Shown here one piece after another: positions 45,901 to 55,736 of a stretch of 64,000 bases of DNA. The notes beneath the pieces were generated by a model. The model had not been told where the DNA came from, ran no database searches, and saw nothing but the letters and a program-made list of their open reading frames with translations. Numbering within the stretch: the first letter of the stretch is position 1; each line of letters begins with the position of its first letter. The DNA lies in assembly GCA_050953885.1 (NCBI GenBank), contig JBMNNJ010000002.1, positions 41,586 through 105,585 of the forward strand, written 5' to 3'. Origin of the DNA: Patescibacteria group bacterium. GTDB lineage: Bacteria; Patescibacteriota; Microgenomatia; 0-14-0-10-38-17. Both the position numbers and the translations under genes were made by a program.

Positions 45901-46624
45901 CCCGGCGCAGACAAAAAGCGGCCGCCTCAAAAGCATCGGGAGAAGTTTTGGGATCAGAAAAAGAATCCGTGGCCACCTTAAGCCCCAAAAGTAAATTGCT
46001 CGCCTCCTCCTCGCCCAAAGGCAAGGAAAGTCCTTCAGCCAAGGCGGCCACGATTTCCGCATAAGAGGAAGCGCCGCCGTCAACCACCTTCAGCTGGCCA
46101 AAAGTGGCCATTTCGTTAAGATTAATATTTAAAATTTCTAATTTATTAAGATCGGGCGGGGTAGGTAACAATTGCCGTAGAACTTTTTCCAACTCATTAA
46201 GATTATCAAAACCAAAGGCAATTAAGTTTTGAAGCTCGCCGCCGCGATTGGCAAAAGAAACCATTTGGGGGGTAATTGTCGGGGCGCCTGCTTTTGGCTG
46301 AATTAAGAGGCTTACTTTTCTCTCCCGATCGTCCCAGGAAATTTTTTCAATATAATCTAAAGAATAGTCGATATTGACCACAAAAATTTTACCCTTAATT
46401 TCCTCGCTCACTTTATCTATCCCATAAATTTGGCTAAACTCTACCTTAAGAGGCTCGGGGCTGATAACCGGTGCCGCCTTGCCGGCTTTTGTTAATGCCG
46501 CGGAAAGAGCGCAAGCGGCCGCCACCTGATCAAGCTTCGGTTGCGACGGCAAAAAAATCGGCGTTTCTTCCGCCCGCGCTAACCAAACGTTAACTTCGGC
46601 AAAAGGATAATTTCTCTTATTCAT
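45809..46624 (-). CDS. NrnA-like DHH-family protein with a degenerate DHH motif (probably not catalytic)
   Basis: The 271 aa ORF has an N-terminal region (IFLPSQPKLDQVAAACALSAALTKAGK) that aligns to the DHH motif region (H..PDGDA.GS.LAL). The His/Asp residues are replaced. It occupies the rbfA/nrnA slot after infB. Confidence 0.45.
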   Translation of the reverse strand: MNKRNYPFAEVNVWLARAEETPIFLPSQPKLDQVAAACALSAALTKAGKAAPVISPEPLKVEFSQIYGIDKVSEEIKGKIFVVNIDYSLDYIEKISWDDRERKVSLLIQPKAGAPTITPQMVSFANRGGELQNLIAFGFDNLNELEKVLRQLLPTPPDLNKLEILNINLNEMATFGQLKVVDGGASSYAEIVAALAEGLSLPLGEEEASNLLLGLKVATDSFSDPKTSPDAFEAAAFCLRRGGRFPSFSQAPTATNFNPPKIYRGSGVSEG

Positions 46625-46629
46625 AAAGC

Positions 46630-48075
46630 CTATATATTTTTCTTGTATCTTATCACATCACCAACAGCAAAATCAAGACGGGGAGAAAAGACAGCGCCAA
46701 ACTCTTCTTTTGCCTTGGCTTTTTCAATGTCTTTTTTTCCTTCGCGAAGCGAGATAATTTTTGCTTCCCCCACCTTTTCCTTGCCTCGCCAAAGCTCAAC
46801 TTCTCCCCCTTTAACAATTTCTCCCCGCAAAACCTTGCCGCCCGCCACCATTTCTCCTTCCACATTGAATTTGGCCAAAATGCTTACCTCTCCCAAAATA
46901 TTTGCCTCCTCTTTTTGGGAAGAAAATCTTTTTATCTCTTCCTCTAAAGCCTCACTTAATTCGTAAATTAAATTAAAACGCTGAATCTTTACCCTCTCTA
47001 CCTCGGCTATCTCCTCGACCCCTTTCCCGCAAGAAACATTGAAGCCAAAAATTTTACCGCCAAAAGAAGACGCTAAAACCACATCCGACTCATTAATCTC
47101 TCCCACCCCCGAGTCTAAAATTGCTAATTTAGAAACGATCGGCAAGTTTAAAATTGCTTCCAAAACCCCTAAGGTGTCGGCCTTAAAAATTACCGCCAAT
47201 TTTCCCTCCGTTTCTTCAACCACTAATCTATCTTTTTGAAGACTCAATTTTTCTTCTAATTCCGCCACCTTCTTATTACTTAAAACCTTCTCTCCCACCG
47301 GCACCACGGCGGAAAAACCCAAAACTAAAACTGGCTGGCTTACTTGCGCCTTTACAATTGAACCCCCCCGATCATCAAAAATCGCCTTTACCTTTGCTTT
47401 TTGATTACCCGCCCACACTTCATCGTCTTTCTTTAGTTCTCCTTCTTGAACTAATAAACTCACCTCCGCTCCCCGCTGCGGATTAACCCCGCTTTCAATC
47501 ACCACCCCCGAAAAGGGAGCGTTAACAGGCGCCTTAAGATCATTCATCTTTGTTAAAAGCAAAATCATTTCCAAAAGGTCTTCTATCCCCGCGCCGGTTT
47601 TGGCCGAAACCGGCACCATTACCACCTCGCCCCCCCGCTCTTCAACCAAAACCCCTAAGGCCGTTAGCTGATTTTTCACTTTTTCCGGATCAGCCCCGGC
47701 AAGATCCATTTTATTTAAAGCAATTAAAAAGGGAACATTGGCTTCCTGAATATGCCGCAACGACTCTTCGGTTTGGGGCATCACCCCTTCGTTGGCGGCA
47801 ATCACCAACACCGCCAAATCGGTAACTTGGGCCCCACGAGATCGCATGTTAGCAAAGACTTCATGACCGGGAGTATCAATAAAAGTAATCTTTTCGCCCT
47901 GATATTCAATTTGATAAGCGCCAATTTTTTGGGTAATACCGCCAATTTCTTTTTGACTAATATTAGTTTGGCGAATTTTATCCAAAAGTGAAGTTTTCCC
48001 GTGATCAATATGACCTAAAAAGGCGACTACCGGCGGGCGAGGAGAAAACTGCGGGGAATAATTTTTGTCGACCAT
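46630..48075 (-). CDS. infB: translation initiation factor IF-2, short form that starts at the G domain
   Basis: The 481 aa ORF starts with the G domain (VVAFLGHIDHGKTSLLD, DTPGHEVF, NKMD). It has domain II and a C-terminal beta-barrel but no N-terminal extension. Confidence 0.9.
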   Translation of the reverse strand: MVDKNYSPQFSPRPPVVAFLGHIDHGKTSLLDKIRQTNISQKEIGGITQKIGAYQIEYQGEKITFIDTPGHEVFANMRSRGAQVTDLAVLVIAANEGVMPQTEESLRHIQEANVPFLIALNKMDLAGADPEKVKNQLTALGVLVEERGGEVVMVPVSAKTGAGIEDLLEMILLLTKMNDLKAPVNAPFSGVVIESGVNPQRGAEVSLLVQEGELKKDDEVWAGNQKAKVKAIFDDRGGSIVKAQVSQPVLVLGFSAVVPVGEKVLSNKKVAELEEKLSLQKDRLVVEETEGKLAVIFKADTLGVLEAILNLPIVSKLAILDSGVGEINESDVVLASSFGGKIFGFNVSCGKGVEEIAEVERVKIQRFNLIYELSEALEEEIKRFSSQKEEANILGEVSILAKFNVEGEMVAGGKVLRGEIVKGGEVELWRGKEKVGEAKIISLREGKKDIEKAKAKEEFGAVFSPRLDFAVGDVIRYKKNI

Positions 48076-48195
48076 ATATAAAAAGTATTAAAAAATATCC
48101 CGCCATAGGCAAAAAAAATTTTTCTGGCTATTTTGTTAAATCGCAGAATTCTTTAAAAAATTCAAAATTCAAAATTTAAAAGTCAAAGATAACGA

Positions 48196-48380
48196 ATAAA
48201 CTCAAATCTCAAATCGCAAAACTCAAAACTACAACTCAAAACTCAAATCTAAAAAACAACTTTAAGCTTTAAAAAGTTTTAACATTTACCATGTAGTTTT
48301 GCCATTTGCCATTTGCGTTTTGAGTTTATTTTTCGTGTTTATTCGTTTCCTATTCGTGTTAATTCGTGTATCTTAACAAT
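48196..48380. repeat. palindromic intergenic element, family 2, second copy (infB-nusA spacer)
   Basis: Near-identical core to the copy at 38030-38175. Confidence 0.6.
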
Positions 48381-48398
48381 TTAACAGCTTATCCCTTT

Positions 48399-49400
48399 CT
48401 ATTTCTCCTTCTTTTTCTTTCCCCCTTCTCCCTCAATATCAATCTCATAACCGGTTAATTCGGAAGCCAGGCGTACATTTTGGCCATTTTTACCAATCGC
48501 CAGAGAAAGTTGGTCCTCGGGCGCCAAAACTTTTGCCCGTTTTTCTTTTTCATCAATTTCAATTTTCAAGTTTTCGGCCGGCAGAAGAGCCGCCTCAATC
48601 ATCTCTTGGGGATTATTACTATATTGGATCACGTCAATTTTTTCTCCCCCCAAACTGTTAATCACTTGAGTAACCCGGACTCCTTTCTGACCTACACAAG
48701 CTCCCACCGGATCCACATTGCGGCGTTTAGAATAAACAGCAATTTTAGTTCGCACCCCCGGTTCCCGCGCTATTGCTCTAATCTCCACCGTTCCATTGGC
48801 AATCTCGGGCACTTCTCGCCGAAAAAGCGCTTCCACCAATTCCCTCGTGGCGCGCGAGAGAATAATTCGCCGCTCCTCTCCTTCGCCGCTAATTTCTTTA
48901 ATATAAAAATCAAATTTCACCCCCGGTAGATAATCTTCTCCTTTTAACTGCTCGCTTGGGGGCAAAAACCCGTAAGTGCGGCCAATATCAATAATCGCCT
49001 GCTTCTGATAATCATCAAAGCGGATTACTGTTCCCTGCACCACGGTGCCGATTTTCCCCTGATAATCGTCAATCACCGCCATTTTTTCCGCCTCTCTTAC
49101 TTTCTGGATAATCACCTGCTTGGCCACCTGGGTGGCAATCCGGCCAAAACCAGGCGGGGTCACCTCTTCCTTGCCTTTCTTGCCTTTAATAAAAACTTTT
49201 GCCTCACCCGTCTTCTCGTCGATAATCACCTCATAATCGCCTTCCGGGGCAACACCATTTTTTTCCTGATAATCTTTTTCAAAAGCGGCTAAGATCGCCT
49301 CAATAATTGCCTCAATAATTGCCTCGGCGTCAATGTGGCGCTCCCGAGCCAGTTCTTCCACGGCAGTGGCAAACTCAGTTCGTTGTAATGTTCTTGGCAT
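48399..49400 (-). CDS. nusA: transcription termination/antitermination factor NusA (S1 + KH domains only)
   Basis: The 333 aa ORF has the NusA N-terminal domain, S1 and two KH motifs (VGACVGQKGVRV, IGKNGQNVRLAS). Confidence 0.9.
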   Translation of the reverse strand: MPRTLQRTEFATAVEELARERHIDAEAIIEAIIEAILAAFEKDYQEKNGVAPEGDYEVIIDEKTGEAKVFIKGKKGKEEVTPPGFGRIATQVAKQVIIQKVREAEKMAVIDDYQGKIGTVVQGTVIRFDDYQKQAIIDIGRTYGFLPPSEQLKGEDYLPGVKFDFYIKEISGEGEERRIILSRATRELVEALFRREVPEIANGTVEIRAIAREPGVRTKIAVYSKRRNVDPVGACVGQKGVRVTQVINSLGGEKIDVIQYSNNPQEMIEAALLPAENLKIEIDEKEKRAKVLAPEDQLSLAIGKNGQNVRLASELTGYEIDIEGEGGKKKKEK

Positions 49401-49419
49401 AAAAAATTAAATTTAAATT

Positions 49420-49449
49420 AATATTAAAAAAGGTGGGTCGCCCCACCTT
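49420..49449 (-). terminator. rho-independent terminator-like hairpin on the minus strand, just upstream of nusA
   Basis: The minus strand reads aaggtgggGCGAcccacctt (8 bp GC-rich stem, 4 nt loop) followed by TTTTTaatat. Confidence 0.5.
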
Positions 49450-49509
49450 AAAACCTCCCTTTCTGCGAAAATTCTTTCCCTACTTTTCTTTCATCGTCCC
49501 CAAAAATTC

Positions 49510-49895
49510 TTAAGTTAAGATTGTTTTTAATTTAACACAACCACCCCTTAAAGTCAAACACTGTGTACTGGCTGACCACATCGGCCTGCCTGCCGGCAAG
49601 GCAGGTAACACTTTAAAGAATCTTTCTTGAGCATACCCTAAGGGTGTTTGGTAATCAAGGGCTTGATGAGGACGATGAGCACGGTCTTCAATAAACCATT
49701 TAGTTAAAAAAAGATTAGCCTGACTAATGTTATCAAGCCCTACCAGGCTTGGGGACAACCATTCTTCCTGAAGAGTCCGGTTGAATCTTTCTGAGGAAGC
49801 ATTATCCTTAGGCTGTCTTACCCAAGAAGAGACTGGGGTGATATTAAGATCTTGACAGGCTTTGGTAAAGTGTCCGGCAGGAAAGTTTCTTTGGC
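49510..49895 (-). pseudogene. 3-prime remnant of an IS481-like transposase (integrase-core C-terminus only)
   Basis: The minus-strand translation reads ...KACQDLNITPVSSWVRQPKDNASSERFNRTLQEEW...HRPHQALDYQTPL, the C-terminal rve region. There is no N-terminal HTH or first Asp. Confidence 0.6.
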
Positions 49896-50185
49896 CATTT
49901 TAAATTAGAAGCCGGAGGCCTAAATCGTTTTAAATTACTTGGAGAACTGATTGAATACATTTACCAACAAGGATATTATTAAATAAACGAATTCACTCAG
50001 TTCTTAAAATGACGCCAACAGAAAAAAGAAAGGGGATGACTGTCTAAAAAATTAGGTACTTGACATTTTTATGCCCTCTAATTCTTCTTTATCAAATATT
50101 CCCCACCCCTTCAAAACCAGCGGTGGCTTTAATTTTGAGTTTTTGTTTGAATTTATTCTATCCATTGTTTTATTTTTGGTAAAAC

Positions 50186-52714
50186 TTATAAAGAAATTAT
50201 AAGCGCATCAGGGGATAGTTCCGAAGGCAGTTTAGCAACTAACTCAATTTTTCCTACTTTAGAAAAATTCCTAATGTCATCTAAAAATGGTCTTAGAAGA
50301 TTCTGCGTCTCAGAATCGCAAATAATTAAAAGTAAAGGAAATGCCCCCCCCAATCTTATGTTTCTCTCTGTCTTGCCTTTTCTGATTTTTTCTAGTATAG
50401 AAAGAGCTGTCTCTGCCCCTTTCTTTATCTTATTATTGATCTTGGTCTTTTGGGCATCCAGAGAGAACCAAGAACAAAGATGAATACTTGAGACTCTTTC
50501 GTGTTGGTAAAAAAACCCTTTGTCTTTAGCGGACCTTAATCTTAAACCTGTGGGAGATTGTTCACAATAACTATGATACATCTCCTCTGTGATATGTGGC
50601 AAAAAGGGCGCCGCCATTTTAAGAACAGCTAGATATGCATGATATAAAGCATACTGGGCAGAGCGTCGACGTTCCTCGTCTTGTCCATAAATTCTCCCCT
50701 TAGCTATTTCTAAATAATCATCACAAAAATCTCTCCAGAAAAATTCCTCAAATATTTGTTTTGCCTTTCCAAATTCATATCTTTCAAATTCGCGTGCTAT
50801 CTTGGCAGTCGTTTCTTGAACTTTGGACAAGATCCAGCAATCAAAAGCCTCAAGAACTTCTTGGGCTATTTCCTCCTGGGGGTTAAAATCCTGTAAATTA
50901 GAAATGGCAAATTTCCCCGCGTTATATAATTTTGTCACTAATTTCTCACCCTTTTTTATTTCCTTTTCCTCAAAATAAACATCTTTGCCCAATGCTCCTC
51001 CAGACATGGCATAACGGATAGCGTCAGCTGAATATTGATCAATCAATTTTTCCGGGTCGTACTGGCCTCCCCCCGTTTTTTTACTTATTTTCTCCCCCTT
51101 TTTAGCCAATATATGACCGGAAATCATAATATCTTTCCAAGGAACTTCATTATGAAGTAGAAGCCCCATCAAAATAGTATAAGTCGCCCAGGTTCTAATA
51201 ATATCGTGAGCCTGAGGTCTCATTGACATAGGATACATCTTGCCGGTTAAAGAACCATTAAGAGGATGGTTGTTATTAATATCGGGTGTTAAAGCAGAAG
51301 TAAACCATGTGTCTAGAACACCCGTTTCTGGCTGGATATTCTTCGACCGACAGCGAGAGCAATTTCTTTCTTTTTTATCTAGTCGAGGATCAATTGGTAA
51401 CTCTTCGGGTTTCGGCAGTATAATTTCCTCGCAGTCTTGGCAATAAAAAAGAGGGATAGGAATACCGAAAAATCGCTGTCTTGAGATACACCAATCCCAT
51501 CCAAGTCCTTCAACCCAATTAAGATATCTTTTTTTCATATGCGGAGGATACCAATTAATTTGTTCAGCGGCGGTCAGAAGCTGAGGCTTCATTTCTAAAA
51601 TTTTAACAAACCATTGAGTAATAGGAATAATTTCAATCGGTTCTCCGCAGCGCTCATGAACACTAATTTCATGGGTGATGGGCTTTTCTTCTTTAATTAA
51701 TCCCTTTTTTCTCAACTCGCTTACTAATATCCTTCTTCCTTCCACAACAGATTTTCCTTCCATCCCGGAGATACCAACCTCGGTGGTAAACCTTCCTTTT
51801 TTATCAAGAATGATTCTTTCTGGAAGATCGTGAATTCTTGCCCAATAAACATCAGTGCTATCTCCATAGGTGCAACACATTACCGCTCCTGTTCCTTTTT
51901 CCATGGAAACTTTATCATCAGCAAGAACCTTAACTTTTGATCCCAAGGGCGTTTCTACTTCGGTTCCCACGATATCTTTGTATCTTTTGTCATCAGGATG
52001 GATAAAGACAGCCACGCAGGCAGGAAGAAGTTCAGGCCTCGTGGTAGCAATTATTAACTCGCCTCTACCGGGGTTTCTAAAAATTAAATCATAAAAAATC
52101 CCTGAGCACTCCTTATCTTCAACTTCTGCCTGGGCGACCGATGTTTGGCATTCAGGACAATATAGAGCTGGGGATTCTTTCTTGTAAATTAGCCCCTTTT
52201 CAAAAAGCTTTATAAAGTTCTCTTGAGATAATCTTTGTACTTCTGAAGAGATTGTAGAATATTCTAACCGTAGGTCCCATCTAAAACCAAGTTTTCGAAA
52301 CAAATCTTCGTATTTCGGTACGAAACGAGCAACAACTTTAAGACATCTTCGAGTAAATTCCTCCGTCCCAACCACAGAAGGATCTATATTCTCTTCCTTT
52401 TCAACTAATCTCTCGGTAGGAAGACCATTGTTATCAAGACCAAAGGGATAACGAACATTAAATCCCGCCATTCTTCGGTAAGCGGCTATAACCTCTGCCT
52501 GAGTGTAGGAAAAAACATGTCCCAAATGAAGCTTTCCGGAAATAGTTGGAGGCGGAGTATCAATAGTAAAAAGCGATCCAGAGGCTTCTGGATTAAAACG
52601 AAAAATTTCTTTCTGTCCCCAAAATTTTTGCCAATACGGTTCTTGAGAGTGATGGTTATATCTTTCGGAAAATTCTGTTCCTCTTCTCATAATTCTTTCT
52701 TCATCCATAATCAC
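50186..52714 (-). CDS. valS: valyl-tRNA synthetase, archaeal/eukaryotic-like type
   Basis: The 842 aa ORF reads IDTPPPTISGKLHLGHVFSYTQAEVIAAYRRMAGFNVRYPFGLDNNGLPTE, which matches the archaeal-type ValRS N-terminus. The WCISRQ motif and KISKK (a KMSKS variant) are also present. Its codons are strongly AT-rich compared with the flanking operons. Confidence 0.8.
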   Translation of the reverse strand: MIMDEERIMRRGTEFSERYNHHSQEPYWQKFWGQKEIFRFNPEASGSLFTIDTPPPTISGKLHLGHVFSYTQAEVIAAYRRMAGFNVRYPFGLDNNGLPTERLVEKEENIDPSVVGTEEFTRRCLKVVARFVPKYEDLFRKLGFRWDLRLEYSTISSEVQRLSQENFIKLFEKGLIYKKESPALYCPECQTSVAQAEVEDKECSGIFYDLIFRNPGRGELIIATTRPELLPACVAVFIHPDDKRYKDIVGTEVETPLGSKVKVLADDKVSMEKGTGAVMCCTYGDSTDVYWARIHDLPERIILDKKGRFTTEVGISGMEGKSVVEGRRILVSELRKKGLIKEEKPITHEISVHERCGEPIEIIPITQWFVKILEMKPQLLTAAEQINWYPPHMKKRYLNWVEGLGWDWCISRQRFFGIPIPLFYCQDCEEIILPKPEELPIDPRLDKKERNCSRCRSKNIQPETGVLDTWFTSALTPDINNNHPLNGSLTGKMYPMSMRPQAHDIIRTWATYTILMGLLLHNEVPWKDIMISGHILAKKGEKISKKTGGGQYDPEKLIDQYSADAIRYAMSGGALGKDVYFEEKEIKKGEKLVTKLYNAGKFAISNLQDFNPQEEIAQEVLEAFDCWILSKVQETTAKIAREFERYEFGKAKQIFEEFFWRDFCDDYLEIAKGRIYGQDEERRRSAQYALYHAYLAVLKMAAPFLPHITEEMYHSYCEQSPTGLRLRSAKDKGFFYQHERVSSIHLCSWFSLDAQKTKINNKIKKGAETALSILEKIRKGKTERNIRLGGAFPLLLIICDSETQNLLRPFLDDIRNFSKVGKIELVAKLPSELSPDALIISL

Positions 52715-52878
52715 AATTTAGGAATAGCATTTGGTAAATTTTATTATAATAGTCATTACATATCAAGAGAGTGTACTGGCTGACCACATCGGCCTGCCTG
52801 CCGGCGAGGCAGGCCGATGTATCTTGGCGCGGGCGCAAACCGCGCGGACTATTTACCCGCCGTAGGCGGGCCTGTTCC

Positions 52879-53715
52879 CTATTCAAAATTTATCTTGGCT
52901 AATTTCAAGCTAGGGTTTTGACTTTTACCCAAAAAAAACCTTACTAACGAAGGGTAAGGGGAATCTTTTTTCGTAAAATAAAGCTTGAGAGAACGTCCGC
53001 GGCTTAATTTTTTCTCCAAATCGTCATGCCTTTTAAAATAATCCCTCAATTTTTCAGCGACAATTTCTCCCTGAGTAATAATTCTTACTCCCGGCATTAA
53101 CGCTTCAATTTGGCGGGCAATTGAATTATAGTGAGTACAGCCTAAAACTAAAACGTCAACTTTTTCTTTTTTTAAAGGCGCCAAGGAAGCACTTAAAATT
53201 TTTTTAAAACCTTGACTTTTAAAATCTCCTTTTTCAATTCTCTCCACTAATCCCGGGCAATCTTTTTGACAAAAAATAAGTTCTTTTTGGGGAAAAACTT
53301 TCTTAAAATCATTATAAAAAATATTGGCCTTAATGGTATTCGTCGTCCCGATAAAACCAATTTTCCCAAAATGATGATCAGCCAAAAATTCGCTCGTCGG
53401 GCGAATAATCCCTAAAATTTTAATTTTTTTTCCGAATTCCTTCTGAATTGTCGGGAGGGCCACCGCCGTCACCGTATTGCAGGCAAAAATTACCAAAGCG
53501 CAGTCTTTCTTTATAAAAAAGGGGATAATTTTCCGCGCCCAAAAAATAATCTCCTTACAAGGGCGGTTACCGTAAGGAACATGAAGATTATCTCCTAAAT
53601 AAAGATAATCATAAAAAGGAAGCTCTTTTCTTAAGGCTTTTAGAATAGATAAACCCCCCAAGCCGGAATCAAAAACGCCAATTTTCATAAAAATAATTTT
53701 AACAAAAAAGCGCAA
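52879..53715 (-). CDS. murI: glutamate racemase (the true start is probably the internal Met at about 53688)
   Basis: The 278 aa ORF has IGVFDSGLGGLSIL, ACNT and GCTHY motifs. Confidence 0.85.
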   Translation of the reverse strand: MRFFVKIIFMKIGVFDSGLGGLSILKALRKELPFYDYLYLGDNLHVPYGNRPCKEIIFWARKIIPFFIKKDCALVIFACNTVTAVALPTIQKEFGKKIKILGIIRPTSEFLADHHFGKIGFIGTTNTIKANIFYNDFKKVFPQKELIFCQKDCPGLVERIEKGDFKSQGFKKILSASLAPLKKEKVDVLVLGCTHYNSIARQIEALMPGVRIITQGEIVAEKLRDYFKRHDDLEKKLSRGRSLKLYFTKKDSPYPSLVRFFLGKSQNPSLKLAKINFE

Positions 53716-53757
53716 TATTGCCCCAAAACAAAGAAAACTTTTTGCTATAATAAAGCT

Positions 53758-54162
53758 ATGTCTGAAAACGAACCAACAGAAACTATTCCCCCTTCTGAAA
53801 ATACCAAAGAAATGTCACTTTGCCCCCCAAAAACAGATTCTCTTAAAGAATGGGAAACTTATTTAAAAGAAATGGGCTTGGCAGTAGATCGGGGTGAAAA
53901 TCCCCAAGAAATTACCTTAAGCACTTTGGCTCGCTTCGGTGAAAAAAACCGCCCTCCCGATTATAATCATGAAAACGATCTATATATCGGTAATACTCCA
54001 GAACTCTACGATGAGGATGCGGTCCAATGCGACGCCAGAATTGGCGCCGATGCTGCCCGGCAAAAGCCGGAAGAATTTGAAAAATTTATCAAAAAATCGC
54101 TAGCAGGACAAAGCAAAAAAGGTAATAAAGAGAAAAATAACGTTAATGACGCCGGAGTCTAG
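53758..54162 (+). CDS. acidic hypothetical protein (134 aa)
   Basis: A TATAAT lies 7 nt upstream of the ATG, suggesting a leaderless or short-leader mRNA. The ORF overlaps the downstream methyltransferase gene by 17 nt. Confidence 0.4.
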   Translation: MSENEPTETIPPSENTKEMSLCPPKTDSLKEWETYLKEMGLAVDRGENPQEITLSTLARFGEKNRPPDYNHENDLYIGNTPELYDEDAVQCDARIGADAARQKPEEFEKFIKKSLAGQSKKGNKEKNNVNDAGV

Positions 54163-54973
54163 CGCCTATCATCAAGATGAAAATTTGACCAAATTAGCCC
54201 AGTTAGCACAAGGTGTCTTCCGGCTTTCCTCCCCCGAGAGAAATTGGATGTTTTACGATTCCGAGCATCCCAAGGAAAAGATATTCAATCTTTATCAAAT
54301 ATTTTCCCAAATTCGCACTAATTTTTCCCAAAAAAACGCCTCTTTTTTGGATTGCGGTAGCGGCAATGGTCTGGTTACTCTTATTGCCAACATCGCCGGA
54401 TTTGAAAAAGTTTACGGTATAGAAAAAAACCGGCCGTTATTTCTTGAAGCTCAAAATAATCTTTCTTACTGCCAAGAACAGAACTTACTTAAAAATGGTG
54501 TCGTCTATTTCTTCAACGCCTCTTATTACCAGCTTGTTAATCATCACGAAGACGTTGTTGCCTCTTGCCTTAGGGAACTTAATAATTTTTATGAGCAAGA
54601 CGGAATTTTTTATAGCTCAAGCCTCTTAGAATATGCTCGGGCCTTATTAGAAGAAAAAAATCATTCTCTTAAAAAAATGGTCGGAAACTACTTGTCCCCC
54701 CCTGATAGCAATAAAAATTTAAAAAATTCCTCGCTTTTAAGAGACGGCCAGCTAACTGCTGATTTTGTTTATATTTATCCCGCCGACTTATTTTTTAGCC
54801 GCGTCTTTTTGCCCCAAATAGCAAAACTTTTAAAAAAAGAGGCTTCTTTAGGAATTCTTTCTCCGGCTGATGATAAAAGCGAAATTGAAAAGGATTTACT
54901 TCAAAAAAAAGAAGAAATTAAACTCTCCGCCAAGCCTGTTTCGCTGGTTTTATCAATTTTTCAAAAGAGATAA
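54146..54973 (+). CDS. class I SAM-dependent methyltransferase, substrate unknown
   Basis: The 275 aa ORF has motif I (FLDCGSGNGLVTL) and the acidic post-I residue context. Confidence 0.55.
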   Translation: MTPESSAYHQDENLTKLAQLAQGVFRLSSPERNWMFYDSEHPKEKIFNLYQIFSQIRTNFSQKNASFLDCGSGNGLVTLIANIAGFEKVYGIEKNRPLFLEAQNNLSYCQEQNLLKNGVVYFFNASYYQLVNHHEDVVASCLRELNNFYEQDGIFYSSSLLEYARALLEEKNHSLKKMVGNYLSPPDSNKNLKNSSLLRDGQLTADFVYIYPADLFFSRVFLPQIAKLLKKEASLGILSPADDKSEIEKDLLQKKEEIKLSAKPVSLVLSIFQKR

Positions 54974-55043
54974 TTTCCCTAAAAATACCCAAACAGAAAC
55001 TTTACCCCTTGCCATTAGGGAAAAAATCAGTTAAAATATTTTT

Positions 55044-55736
55044 ATGATTGAAAAAAGCAAAGAAAAAACCGCCAAGAAAGCTTCCGGAAAAGTAAAAGCA
55101 AAAGTTAGCCAGCCAAAGACGATGAGTCAAGAAAAAACCCCGGCAGAAGAAAAATCTTTCAAAATTTCCGTCAAAAAGCTGATTATTTTCTTGGCGATTA
55201 TTATCATTGGTTTTCTCCTTTATCAAAATAAAGATTTATTTATCGTCGCCACTGTTAATAACCGCCCCATTAGCCGCCAACGTTTTAACCAGCAAATAGA
55301 ATCCCAATATGGCCAGCAGGTTTTGGAAACCATGATTAATGAGGAGCTGATTAAGCAGGCCGCCAAGGATCAAAACATTGTTATTGATCAGGAAAAAATT
55401 AACGAGGAAATGGCTAAAATTGAAAAAAGCCTGCCGGAGGGAATGAACCTTGACCAGGCTCTCCAAATGCAAGGAATGAGCCGGGAAAATCTGGAAGAGC
55501 AAATGCGGTTGCAACTGGCCATTGAGGAGATTTTGGCGCCTAAGATTCAAATTACCGATGAAGAATTAAAACAATATATTGAAGAAAATAAAGATTATTT
55601 CTCGGCAACACAAGAAGCGCAAATCAGGGAAGAGGCCCAAGAAGGCCTGCGCCAACAAAAATTAAACCAGAACTTCCAAGCATGGCTTCAGGAATTAACC
55701 GAGAAAGCCAATATTAACCGCTGGCTTAAGTTTTAA
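55044..55736 (+). CDS. membrane-anchored SurA-N/PrsA-like chaperone domain protein (no PPIase domain)
   Basis: The 230 aa ORF has an N-terminal TM segment ([14 protein letters not shown]) followed by a helical SurA N-terminal-like domain ([18 protein letters not shown]...). Confidence 0.5.
   Translation: MIEKSKEKTAKKASGKVKAKVSQPKTMSQEKTPAEEKSFKISVKKLIIFLAIIIIGFLLYQNKDLFIVATVNNRPISRQRFNQQIESQYGQQVLETMINEELIKQAAKDQNIVIDQEKINEEMAKIEKSLPEGMNLDQALQMQGMSRENLEEQMRLQLAIEEILAPKIQITDEELKQYIEENKDYFSATQEAQIREEAQEGLRQQKLNQNFQAWLQELTEKANINRWLKF

Noticed and set aside
48399-49400. An EAIIEAIIEAI internal duplication near the NusA N-terminus.
   Set aside because: It is a trivial 4-residue tandem repeat with no obvious significance, possibly a micro-slippage. 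It is not reported as a finding.
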